DNA of 64,000 nucleotides, from the NCBI RefSeq assembly GCF_006345805.1, contig NC_043000.1, positions 1,798,001-1,862,000 on the forward strand. Reading direction: 5' to 3'. Under the pieces are notes generated by a model. That model searched no databases, was not told the origin of the DNA, and saw only the letters and a list, made by a program, of their open reading frames with translations. The position numbers were made by a program, and so were the translations under genes. This DNA comes from Octopus sinensis (taxonomy: Eukaryota). How positions within the stretch are numbered: position 1 is the stretch's first letter; the number at the start of each line of letters is the position of its first letter. Below, in pieces: positions 11,956 to 23,450 of this stretch.

Positions 11956-13271
11956 CTTATATCTTTCACTTGTTTCAGGTTACTGGAATGCAGTTATGCT
12001 GGAACTCTGTCCCAGGTATTTACATCTAAGTCTGCTGTTTATTCTAATCAGTTTCTTTTGTCACTAAGTTACAGGGACAAAAACAAACCAACACTGATGG
12101 AGAATGGTAGAAAATACAGAGACAATGATGCACACACACAATTACAGGCTTACACATAGTTTTTGTCAATAAAATTTACTCAAAAAGCATTGGTCAGCCT
12201 AGAGCTATAGCAGAAAATACTGCTGCACGGTGGGACTGAACCTGAAAACATATGGTTGCAAAGCGAGCTTCTTAACTGCACAGCCCTTTGACATCCTGTA
12301 TAATGATAGTGTATAGAAACCAGAAACACACAATTTCATCTCATAGTCTGAGGTCATAGATACAATAATCTCTTCTATCAACCAATATTTTGATCAAGTG
12401 CTGGTGCTGTGTAAAAAGCACTGGTGGTGGGGCCACATAAGAAGCACTTGGAGTGGTGCAACATAAAAAGCACTGGTGATGGTACCATGCATAAAGTACC
12501 CAGTACACTCTGTAAAATGGTTGGCAATAGGAAGGGCATCAAGCTATTGAAACCAAGCCAAAGATAGACTATGGAACCTGGTGTAGCTCCTGGCCTAGCT
12601 AGCTCTGTCAAGCTGTCTAACCCATGCCAACACGAAAGACAGATGTTAAAAGATGAAGTTAGAAGGTATATTCAAGATTGGAGATATTGCTTCTAAAGGT
12701 GAGCATCAAAGAGAATACTTTATCAGAAATCAATTTTATTAAGGGAAGATAGTATTCTAATGATACTAGTATTAATTCTTTGATAACTCAACTTTCAGTT
12801 TTTGAAGTTTCTATGAGAGACTGCACTATTTTTCCTTGGCTGACATTGCAGACCCATTTAAATAAAAGAAAAGAAAATAAACAGCTGGTGGAAACTACTT
12901 AATATCAAAGACTTATACTATTTGCCAACTTTTACTGGTAAATCCTACATCTGCCATGTCTGAATAAACATTTTCAGTAACAAAACAATTAAAGTAGTAC
13001 GTTCAGTTAAGAATGATACAAGAGAGATTAAATTTTCTGGCTATACTTTTTTTATCACAAAGAACAGACAGATAAAATAAATTTGTTATGGAATTTTCTT
13101 CCTAAAAAAAGAATAAGCAAAAATTTAAGCAGGCTCTGACTGGTCGGATGGTAAATTGAATTGAATAATAAAGTTTACAATTGTGACTTTTTCTCTCTCT
13201 TAGAATGGTATTCTATAATCCTAACCGATACCTTCCAAACTTCCCAGTCATAAAATGATACAGGTTTATTG

Positions 13272-13649
13272 ACTCTCTTTACTCTTTTACTTGTTTCAGT
13301 CATTTGACTGCAGCCATGCTGGAGCACCGCCTTTTTTTTAGTCGAGCAAATCGACCCCGGGACTTATTCTTTGTATCGGTCTCTTTTGCCGAACCACTAA
13401 GTGACGGGGACGTAAACACACCAGCATCGGTTGTCAAGCAATGCTAGGGGGACAAACACAGACACACACACACATACATATATACGACAGGCTTCTTTCA
13501 GTTTCCGCCTACCAAATCCACTCACAAGGCATTGGTTGGCCCGAGGCTATAGCAGAAGACACTTGCCCAAGATGCCACGCAATAGGACTGAACCCGGAAC
13601 CATGTGGTTGGTTAGCAAGCTACTTACCACACAGCCACTCCTGCGCCTG
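13272..13649 (-). mobile_element. SINE family A, young copy
   Basis: Close to consensus over its full length. Confidence 0.9.
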
Positions 13650-13876
13650 TAGAGAAATCATAATTTTAATGCTTGTGATTCTAGCTGATATCATCTTTAA
13701 TCATTAATTTACACTTAAATGCATAAATTTAGAAGCATAGACATTAGCAGATGTTTTGAACGTCATTTCATATTTATTCTAATTTAGTCCACACTGAGTT
13801 AATCCTTTTACTGCGGAAATCAGAAATACCCATTCAAAATTTCGTTACCTGTAATTGTGGAAAGCTTTTATATACC

Positions 13877-14100
13877 TATTACCCACAAGGGGCTAAACAC
13901 AGAGGGGACAAACAAGGACAGACATAGGTATTAAGTCGATTACATCGACCCCAGTGCGTAACTGGTACTTAATTTATCGACCCCGAAAGGATGAAAGGCA
14001 AAGTCGACCTCGGCGGAATTTGAACTCACAACGTAACGCAGACGAAATACCGCTGAGCATTTCGCCCGGCATGCTAACGTTTCTGCCAGCTCGCCGCCTT
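13877..14100 (-). mobile_element. SINE family B (tRNA-derived), young monomer with 17-bp TSD
   Basis: GAAAGCTTTTATATACC at 13860-13876 and 14101-14117; B-box GAGTTCAAATTCC. Other copies: 15785-15980(+), 23862-24087(-), 31138-31360(-), 40405-40620(+), 47425-47660(-), 47820-48030(+), 55318-55525(-). Confidence 0.92.
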
Positions 14101-14472
14101 GAAAGCTTTTATATACCAATCTATCATTTGTAGACGGATGTTATGTTTGAAACTACTTTTTGTTGAGAAACGTCAAATTTATGGAGGCAACATGACTCAC
14201 AGAAAATACTAATTCTTATTTTTTGGATTAATATTTAAAATTATTGCAGGATATTTTGCAGTTAAAGGATTACTAAACGGAATACCCTCAAACTGTTTGA
14301 TCTTTTTTAAATATTCTTTTTTATGTTTCAAATTTGTTTATTCTGATCCACTTTAATAAATTTTTAAATATGGTTATCTTTTGTTCTAAATTCCTTATTC
14401 CTATTGTCCTAAAAGTGACCAACTCACACACACACTTCCTTGCCCTATTAGTTACTTTCAAAAAAATTTAAG

Positions 14473-14885
14473 GGCGATCTTTCGTCTCTAGTAGACCTTT
14501 CCGTCGATTTCCGTAAATTTTTTTTTTTTTACATATGGGCTTGCAGGAACTTTTGAAGTAATATCCATACATATACACATGCACCGAGTAAAAAATTTCA
14601 GTTATCTCTTTCTTTCACACATTACTCTGTCTCTTCACACACACTAACAGAAGCACTTCACTTACACAACATACTGTCTGTCTCCCACACCCCATCAAAC
14701 ACACACACATATACATCAATGCTCCCATGCACGGTAACTTCAAAAGAACTTCCCTCGTCATACAATCGCTTTCTCTTAGTCTCTTTCGCTCTCATTACTT
14801 CAAAAGTTCCCGCAAGCCCATATGTAAAAAAAAAAATTTTTTTACGGAAATCGACGGAAAGGTCTATTAGAGACGAAAGATCGCC
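14473..14885. mobile_element. MITE with ~90-bp TIRs beginning GGCGA and an 8-bp TSD (Merlin-like)
   Basis: GGCGATCTTTCGTCTCTA...TAGAGACGAAAGATCGCC; AATTTAAG at 14465-14472 and 14886-14893. Confidence 0.8.
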
Positions 14886-16654
14886 AATTTAAGAGCAAAA
14901 TAAGTTGCAACGGCGGTTTGCTAATTAGTTTAGAGATAGTTTACTTCAGTTGTATCAACAAAGTTTTGGAAATACATGAACCTCACATATTCACATTCCA
15001 CCCTTCTCTAACTCTGTAACTTTGAGTCAATAAATAACTATTTGGGAGCCTTTTAGCTAGTTGTGTTTGCTGCGCTGGTGACGTGTTAGGACTCTGTTTA
15101 TATTAGTAACCAGCAACATACAATGAAGATGGTTCAAAACAAACAAGGATACCACGTGATGATATCACATGGCCACGCATCTGCTCCCTAATTGTGATGA
15201 AATGTACATCGAGATAGATTTAGATAACATATATGAAGCTATAAAATATTATTTATCAGAAATAAGCTTCAAGTTATATCTTATGAATATCTATAAGCTT
15301 ATTCCGATTAGATTCCTCTAAGCTAACGAATAGTGCAATAGATTTTACAGTTACACTGTTAACTTTAATATTACAAAATTTTCTCAACTTAGCCATCCCT
15401 TATGGATCTATTCTGCCCTTATTACAAATCCGATATAACGGCCGTTTTATTTCCTATTCATCCTATTTGAATTTAGTTATGCTATAATCGATGCTTGGTC
15501 CACAAAGTAATGTTTAATAAAGAAAAGTCGATATTCAAGACCCTGTGAACCACTCACTTGCGCTTGTCTCCAAACCAGCCGCGCTAACATGTATTGTTGA
15601 TTTTTAAAATGAACTTCATTCTAGACAATCGATTTTTATTTGTTTGCAGAGACCGAAAAGTAATTTCTCTGTCAACATGCAATTAATGAAGACAAAATGT
15701 AAGTTTTTATGTGTATAATAATTGTTAGGTGACGTGCCATCATAGACTATAAGAAAAGTTTACGGTTTCGAGTAATATAATTTCCCGAGCTGGCAGAATC
15801 GTTAGCACACCGGATAAAATACTTCACGTTCTGAGTTCAAATTTCGCCGAGGTTGACTTTGCCTTTCACCCTTTCGGGGTCGATAAAATAAGTAATAGTT
15901 GAGCACTGGGATCGATGTCATTAATTAACCCACTACCCGCCAAATTTCAGGCTTTGTGTCTACAGTAAGTAGAAAGAAATATGATAGTTGTTTCACTTCA
16001 CTGCAACCGCTAATATTTTTAGTAATAGCATGACAGTCATAACTGCCATTTCATCTCACTTCTTTTAAAAAAATTTTCTGATCTTTAAAATTCAAACAAT
16101 TGATTCTATTACCCAATGCGTGGAGATTATGTTATTAATTTTTTATACACTTTAATGATGTCTTATGGAGAGACCTGACGAAAAATTACATTGAAGAGTG
16201 TGTGTGCCTTAAGAATTAGACTTCACCGGGAATTGAAACCAAGACACAATCTCTAACTCTTTGCTCTTAACATAAAAGCAATGGCATTAGTTGCTATGTT
16301 TACGTGATTTCATTTAATTTGCTGTAAGCTGGAATCGGTCGGTCAGTGGCGATGGATGCATTCAGTTCTACACTCTACATACAGTGAGATAGCGTAGAGA
16401 GACACAGAGGCGCTTAAAATAAATGTTTTCTTTTGTTTTCAACTGCATCGCCACCGTTGTTTGAAAAGAGAATATCTAATCTCATGATAGTGCTGGTGCC
16501 TCTGCGTGTAGGTGTGTCTACGAGTCTGTGTGACGAGTCTGTGAAATGTCTTAATGTATGCGTGTGCGCAACTGTATGTAACAAAGTGTGTGTGCAAGTA
16601 TCTGTAACAATGCGAGTGTATCGTTGTGTAATGCATGTGTACATGTGCTGATGC

Positions 16655-17276
16655 ATGTATGTATGTGGGAATACATGTGTGCCTATGTATGTATGTGTGT
16701 GTGAGTACATGTGTGCCTATGTATGTATGTATGTATGTGTGAGTACATGTGTGCCTATGTATGTATGTGTGTGTGTGTGAGTACATGTGTGCCTATGTAT
16801 GTGTGTGTGAGTACATGTGTGTCTATGTATGTATGTGTGCCTATGTATGTATGTGTGTGTGAGTATATGTGTGCCTATGTATGTATGTGTGTGTGTGTGA
16901 GTACATGTGTGTCTATGTATGTGTGTGTGAGTACATGTGTGCCTATGTATGTATGTGTGTGTGTGTGAGTACATGTGTGCCTATGTATGTGTGTGTGAGT
17001 ACATGTGTGTCTATGTATGTATGTGTGAGTACATGTGTGTCTATGTATGTATGTGTGTGTGTGTGAGTACATGTGTGCCTAGGTATGTATGTGTGTGTGA
17101 GTACATGTGTGTCTATGTATGTATGTATGTGTGAGTACATGTGTGTCTATGTATGTATGTGTGTGTGTGTGAGTACATGTGTGCCTAGGTATGTATGTGT
17201 GTGTGAGTACATGTGTGTCTATGTATGTATGTGTGTGTGAGTACATGTGTGCCTATGTGTGTATGTATGTATGTTT
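16655..17276. repeat. Composite minisatellite, about 17 units of GAGTACATGTGTG(C/T)CTATGTAT(GTAT)n(GT)n
   Basis: 16 GAGTA(C/T)ATG cores counted plus one variant; unit 30-52 bp. Confidence 0.95.
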
Positions 17277-17332
17277 GCCCTACTTCAGCTGGGAGCGAGG
17301 TTCGAATGTCCAGAAACGGAACGGTCCCTGAC

Positions 17333-17387
17333 TATAAAGCTGCGCGCGCATGCTCCCTCCCGCCTCGGCTCTGCACATGATGGCGGC
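17333..17387 (+). promoter_or_regulatory. Putative LEMD3 core promoter: TATAAAG (17333-17339), GC-rich TGCGCGCGCATGC, and CATGATGGCGGC (YY1/TISU-like) overlapping the start codon
   Basis: Motifs read directly; spacing would put the TSS near 17362. Function inferred. Confidence 0.45.
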
Positions 17388-18442
17388 CCGTGTCTCTGAC
17401 GAAGTTCTGTGTAAAGAACTGGGCAAATATGGCGAGAAAGTTAAGCTGCCTCTCAACGACAGCAAACGTTCGATACTACAGAAGAAACTCAATCATCTAC
17501 AGGCCAAAAACAAACGCAAATCCACATCCATACGACACAAATCGTTCAACAATGAAATGTCTGGCTTCAGCTCGGATGACGACTCGGCTTTGGTGAATCC
17601 TTCTGCCACTAAAACTCTGCCAAAGTCGTCTTCTGCTAGTTCGAGAACGACCCGTGCTGCAGCTGCAGCAGCTGCTGCATCATCTATCAATGCCAGCCCT
17701 CCTCCGTCTCCGTCGAACGTCCCCAAGAGAAGGTCGATGTCAAACCTCAACAGTAGCGACCATCTTCCCGACAATACGCACAACAATTCAAAATATGGTC
17801 TACATTCTCCGACATCCGGATCGAACCAGACGCCCAGGAAATCTCCCGGCGTCATATCTTACCATTCATCTCTCAGCGGCAGTAACACCAGCAACATAGA
17901 CAGTTCACCTGGCAACAGCATATACTCTAACCACCAGGTCCACCACAGACGGAACACGAACCTGAAGCCTCCTCCTCCAGTGACCAATTCCGGTCGTACG
18001 GGAATCTACTTCGATTCCACAGATTCGGATATCGATGCCGATGAGGACGAGAACTCTATATCTTCTTCCAAATCTTCAACATTCTCCAACAGCTTTGCTA
18101 AAAGCTCCCCTTTATACTCCGCACACTACTCTCCCTTATCGAGGACTGGTAACTTCACTTCGCCCCCATTGTCCGTTACGAGTACCCCGAAGAAGAAAAC
18201 GACGCAGATTCTGAGCGAATTCCGTCAGAATTTCACCAAGACTCAACAGAACCCTTACAAAAGCAGCTTTTGGGATAATTACATTCCGTACGGCTTCAGT
18301 GGGAGTAGAAATGTCGGTGAGAAGAATTCCCACTGCATCTCCCGCATCTTGCCCATCGCCGTGGTGCTATTCTTCACTTTCTTGGGTATTATGTATGTCC
18401 GCAATTGGTCCGAGCCTAGTCTCTCTCCAGAGAACAATAAAG
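17380..18442 (+). CDS. LEMD3: MAN1/LEMD3 orthologue, coding exon 1 (LEM domain, low-complexity nucleoplasmic region, transmembrane helix 1)
   Basis: N-terminal LEM-like helix-loop-helix VSDEVLCKELGKYG...RSILQKKLNHL; GFSSDDDS motif; hydrophobic HCISRILPIAVVLFFTFLGIMYV; donor AAAG|GTAAGT at 18442/18443 (phase 1); CpG-rich against a CpG-poor background. Start could be ATG 17377 or 17380. Confidence 0.92.
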
Positions 18443-18639
18443 GTAAGTCTACCACAGATGATCCCTTCCTTCCTCGCATCACGCATACTATACACGTTAC
18501 TATACACAACTACATATATATATATAGATATATGTATATATATATGTGTATGTATAAACAAGCTTTCCTCTTCGTATTTTTAATAATGCAGTCTAGTTTA
18601 AATCTTTTCTCTGCAGATTTCTACTAAACTTGTACGAAT

Positions 18640-18664
18640 GCGCGCGCGTATATATGAATGTGTA

Positions 18665-18695
<31 letters not shown>

Positions 18696-18770
18696 ATGTC
18701 TGCGCGTGTACTATATTTTCTGCGCGCGTTTAAGTAGTGTGCATGTGTTTACGATTGTATGTTGTGTGTG

Positions 18771-18803
<33 letters not shown>

Positions 18804-19220
18804 ATATATATGTGTGTGTGTGTGTGTATATATATGTGTGTGTGTGTGTGTATATATATGTGTGTGTGTGTGTGTGTATATATATGTGTGTGTGTGTGTG
18901 TATATATATGTGTGTGTGTGTATATATATGTGTGTGTGTATATATATATGTGTGTATATATATATGTGTGTGTGTATATATATGTGTGTGTGTGTGTATA
19001 TATATATATATGTGTGTGTGTGTGTATATATATATGTGTGTGTGTGTGTATATATATAATACACATTATAAACACACATACCAGTATTTCTGGGATTTTG
19101 TGTGTGTGTGTATGTATGTATGTATATATATGTGTGTGTATATAATACACATTATAAACACACATACCAGTATTTCTGTGATTTTGTATGTGTGTGTGTA
19201 TATATATATATATATATAAC
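18640..19220. repeat. Compound (TA)n(TG)n array at the start of intron 1, with an ~87-bp tandem duplication at about 19055-19200
   Basis: Directly visible. Confidence 0.95.
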
Positions 19221-20099
19221 GGTTTGCATATTTATAAAACCGTGTCTCTTTGTAATCAAATTACATCTTTCTTCCCAGTTGTATAAATTAGAATTGTAAA
19301 AAATTATTCAACTGGATAAAGTATCACACCTGGAGATAAAGACCTCCTCTAAACGACAAAGTAGCCCCTGAAGATAACCGATTTGTAAGGTCCCTACTGA
19401 ATTTGTGTGTTATATGTGCTCCGAGCGCGCACAGACTGTTCCTACATGTGTGTAATTTCCCCCATTGCAATAAAATTTGCTTCATGTGCATGTGTTATTA
19501 GTGCACATCAATACCAAAACCCTCTTCATAGTAGCGAGGAGTGATGTCCCTCTTCTAATAATATTTGATTTCTGCCGGGTACCCTTCCTTTTTTTTTATC
19601 GTATTAATTATTATCATTAAATACGTCTCGAGGTCGATGTAATTCGACTAAATCTCTCCTCCCCATCAAAAATTGTTGGCCTTGTATTTAAACCAGAAAC
19701 CATTTGTAGTAGTTGTAGCCTTCTCTTGTGTAGTTGATAAGATTCAGACTGGGTAGAATAGGTAAGATTTATTATTCTCTGAAATAAGAGATTGGCGGAG
19801 ATATGAAGGGTGTAAGATTTGTGAAATAATATTTGCCTTGGGTGACCCGGTATTTTTGAAAACGGGGGTCAACCTGATATTGAGTCGCCAACGATTAGAT
19901 AATGTCGTTTATCTATCTCACTGACCATATATTTTGTCATTGTCTCTCGTCGGCATAATTTCTCTCTCTACCTCCCATAAATGTGCCACATTTAACTGCG
20001 ATATCAGTGAATTCAATATTTTTGTAAACAAAAAAAAAAGCATAGGTAACGTTTTGAGTGTGCTTTGAGAATTCTAAAACTTTGCTAAGGTCTATCCTT

Positions 20100-23000
20100 T
20101 GAACCAGAAATCTCTAAAGAAGGAATGGCCTTGCCAAAAATGTTAGAATTTCCTCTTCCCCAATCGGATATTATGATTCATAACACCAACACATTAATAT
20201 TATACAATGATCATTCTAACTTCACTGAGCTGATTTATTTTTCGTTGGGGATCACGATCAGTTTTCTCGAATTTTCATGTTTAAATTTTACTATTCACAA
20301 AACCATTTGCCTTAAACTTAATCGGCTCTCGTTGAAGCTGTGCCTACAGTTATTACATATTGTGAAGTGCCCATTGTGCTTACTATGAAGTCTTGTTTAC
20401 ATTTGCAACCATAATAACATAGATAACCACCAATGGGACCTGTATGTGATGAGATCTTTCTATGCAGAATATAAGAAACCCTTTGTTTGTAGACAATGTT
20501 TACTGTCCTGGTATGCCCCCTATATTTTCATTTCTATTATTCTATCAACACTATTTTCACATCTATGTTATGTGTAATATCATCATTCGGTATTGTGTTG
20601 TCGAGGACTACTAATAATGTCAGGTTTGGTCAAATCACTGTACTCAAATTGGCATCTCTGTTCTTCTACATAAACCTTAAACTATACTTTCTTACAGAGT
20701 TTTCAAACTTATGAAGTCTCTGTATTCTTCAGTGTCATTTTTCTTCGTATAAATAAATGGTAATGCAAATATTCCACTCCTAAGCCACAAGTGATTTATG
20801 CTTAACCTCTTTGTCATGGTATTAAGTTTCTCCCAGGATAGCATGACCAATCTACCACAGGTAACCCTGCCAGATGATCTGATATCAAACTGTGTTAAAT
20901 GGGCCAATGTTCAACACTATAGAAGCACAATGAAATATCAGAAGTCGAGATTTGAGCATGTAACTTAATGAACAGGAAGTCCTATAGCCTTTTGGACATC
21001 TTATCTCTACAGTTGAATGATTTTAGCAGGAGAATGAACGTTCAGCTCCAAAGATATGTCCTAATATGTAAATAACAAAAATAGTTAATAGTTTATAGAA
21101 AGCAATGGTGTGGATTCAGGGTGATCAGTATCAGAAAGAAGCCGATTGTTTCAGCTCAAAATGAAAATTTTGTGAGAAAATTAACAAAAATATATGTATG
21201 TATGCCATATATTGGCTGTAATTTATTTAGTTGATAATTAATATAGTCAGTAGGATTCTTACCCATTTCTTTTTAAATAAATGCAAGCACAGCTGTGTGT
21301 TCAAGAAGCTCACTTTGCAATCTTGTAGTTTCTGGTTCAGTCCTACTGCGCAGCACCTTGGGCGAGTATCTCCTCTTATAACTCCTGAACAACCAATGCC
21401 TTGTAAGTGAATTTAGTAGATGGAAACTATGTGGAAGCTCATCATATGTGTGTGTGTGTCTTTGTTAATGTCCCTGTAACTTAGCAGTCCAGCAAAACAG
21501 ATTGGTCAGATAAGTACTGGGATCGATTTGTTTGACTAAACCCTTTAAGACAGTGCCCCAACATGGCTGCAGTCTTGTGGCTGAAACAACTAGAAGATAA
21601 TGTAGTTACCCCAAATTTTGGAAAAAAATGGTATACAGTCCTGTAAAGTAGCATGATCTGTTACTTGTCCAGTTTGGCAACCCTGTATGGAAATGTGGTT
21701 AATAGATACTTAAAATTTTTTGATTGTTTCATTCATTAGACTATGAACATGCTCTGATATTGTCTTCAAAGGTTTTAGTTATTCATATCAATCCTAGCAT
21801 TTATGTCAATTTAGAACATAGTTTATTGAACTCCATTTGTCAAGCTTCTAAGTTTACAGAACTTAACAGGACATAACATAAACATGCTAGTATAGTTCTA
21901 GATATATGATGGGTTTCTTCATAGTTTCCATTCATCAAATTCCACTTGTGGGGTATTGATCAACTCAAGGCTAAAGTTGAAAGACACTTTCCCTAAGTAC
22001 TGCAAACTCTTTTGTCCAAGTTTACAAATGACTGTCAGTCTTCAAAGTTCAAAAGATGGCTCTTGGTGAGGAACTTGTCGCCATCAGTCAATACAATATG
22101 AAATTAGGTAATATATTATTGATTAGGGTTATTATTTGAGACAAAATAAAGCACTTTCAAGTGATCATTTATAACACATTACAGACGTCAGCATTGTCCT
22201 ACATTAGAATGTACCAAAGCCCAAGAGAACCTCTGTTATGAAAAAGACATACTGAATTTTCAGAGAACATTTAACATCATCAGAGTTTCATGCTTAGAAG
22301 AGATTGTCTCCAAATAGTTGCTTCTACGTCATTTCCCTAAAGATGTTCTCCCAAGTCATTGACCTATACATGTTGACCTAAATCATTGTCTGTCACTGGC
22401 TCTTCTGCACATTACAGTATTCTGTGGTAAAGATTGTTTTCAATGAAAGGGTTGTTTTCTGCTTAATTGGGATATTTAGTTATCAACTTATGTCATTTCG
22501 CCTTGTACGCTGTCACTGTTATACACTGTTTATAGTTGTCAATGTCACTGATTGTTTTGTAAAATATACATAGGCGCAGGAGTGGCTGTGTGGTAAGTAG
22601 CTTGCTAACCAACCTCATGGTTCCGGGTTCAGTCCCACTGCGTGGCATCTTGGGCAAGTGTCTTCTGCTATAGCCCCGGGCCGACCAATGCCTTGTGAGT
22701 GGATTTGGTAGACGGAAACTGAAAGAAGCCCGTCGTATATATGTATGTATGTGTGTGTGTGTGTGTCTGTGTTTGTCCCCCTAGCATTGCTTGACAACCG
22801 ATGCTGGTGTGTTTACGTCCCCGTCACTTAGCGGTTCGGCAAAAAGAGACCGATAGAATAAGTACCGGGCTTACAAAGAATAAGTCCCGGGGTCGATTTG
22901 CTCGACTAAAGGTGGTGCTCCGGCATGGCCGCAGTCAAATGACTGAAACAAGTAAAAGAGTAAAAAGAGTATACTGAAGACATAAGAGTAAATGTCAGAT

Positions 23001-23450
23001 TTAGAAGGAATTTTATTGAATGGTGTTGGTTGTGATCCACTGTTATAATGGTAATCTGAATTTGTCACTGTAGAAATTCTTTTCAGCATTCTTCAGACCC
23101 AGTAAAGCTGTGTGTCTTGGATCTCTTGCAGTTATTTGCTAATTGGCACGATATGGGTTGGTGTAAACCACTCATTGGCAAACTGTGGTCTATGAGACTT
23201 TCTGAATGGGAAGCCTAATGAAAAATTACCTGGAATTTTTTTTAGTAATGTGGCCCACCTGATGATGGCCCATGTCTTATGCTGCTTGTTTTTTGAAAAA
23301 GGTTGGCCATAACTGTATAAATTAATGTTACCTCTGGTAGTATGCATTAATTGTTGAAGCCATAGCCATGTACAACTTTGCCTTATAGCCTTTCTTTGTA
23401 CTAACCACATTAAGCTAAAAGACTGTCTGGTCAGCTAACTTAACTGCAGT
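20100..23450 (-). mobile_element. Possible highly decayed Ty3/Gypsy relics (gag/protease-like near 20.1-20.9 kb; integrase-like near 23.0-23.4 kb)
   Basis: Fragmentary minus-strand motifs ICNNCRH, VKFK...VIP, RPQFANEW...TH. The domain order does not fit one element, so at best two pieces. Confidence 0.3.
22572..22970 (+). mobile_element. SINE family A, young copy; a decayed copy at 21285-21600
   Basis: Full head, microsatellite linker and tail. Confidence 0.92.

Larger units (their letters stand above)
8890..13120 (+). mobile_element. Fossil hAT-superfamily transposase (TTF-finger/ZMYM1-FAM200-like type), split by nested insertions
   Basis: Hand translation gives ordered motifs RYLSINIYNKFCFLMS (10113-10160), SKEQFSLCL-WVDKCLVTKEEYLNFY (about 10800-10878), PKTLATH (about 11015-11035), PDSLSKSLQ (11426-11452) and the dimerisation domain LLVNPTSAMSE*TFSVTKQLK*YVQLRMIQERLNFLAIL (12932-13048). 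Many stops and frameshifts; the 5' boundary is uncertain. Confidence 0.75.

Noticed and set aside
8530-13135. CAGAGG (8530) and CTCTG (about 13131) as hAT TIRs
   Set aside because: Weak match and no 8-bp TSD.
16414-17140. His/Thr- or Cys/Val/Tyr-rich ORFs (also 2048-2405, 3141-3455, 4126-4758, 18658-19299, 28713-29093)
   Set aside because: Translations of CA/TA micro- and minisatellites, not genes.
17299-17311. B-box-like GGTTCGAATGTCC in the promoter
   Set aside because: Imperfect match with no correctly spaced A box.
17350-17376. ATG at 17350 as the LEMD3 start
   Set aside because: It lies only 11 nt after the TATA-like box, and homology begins at the MAAR/LEM segment; 17377 or 17380 is preferred but unproven.
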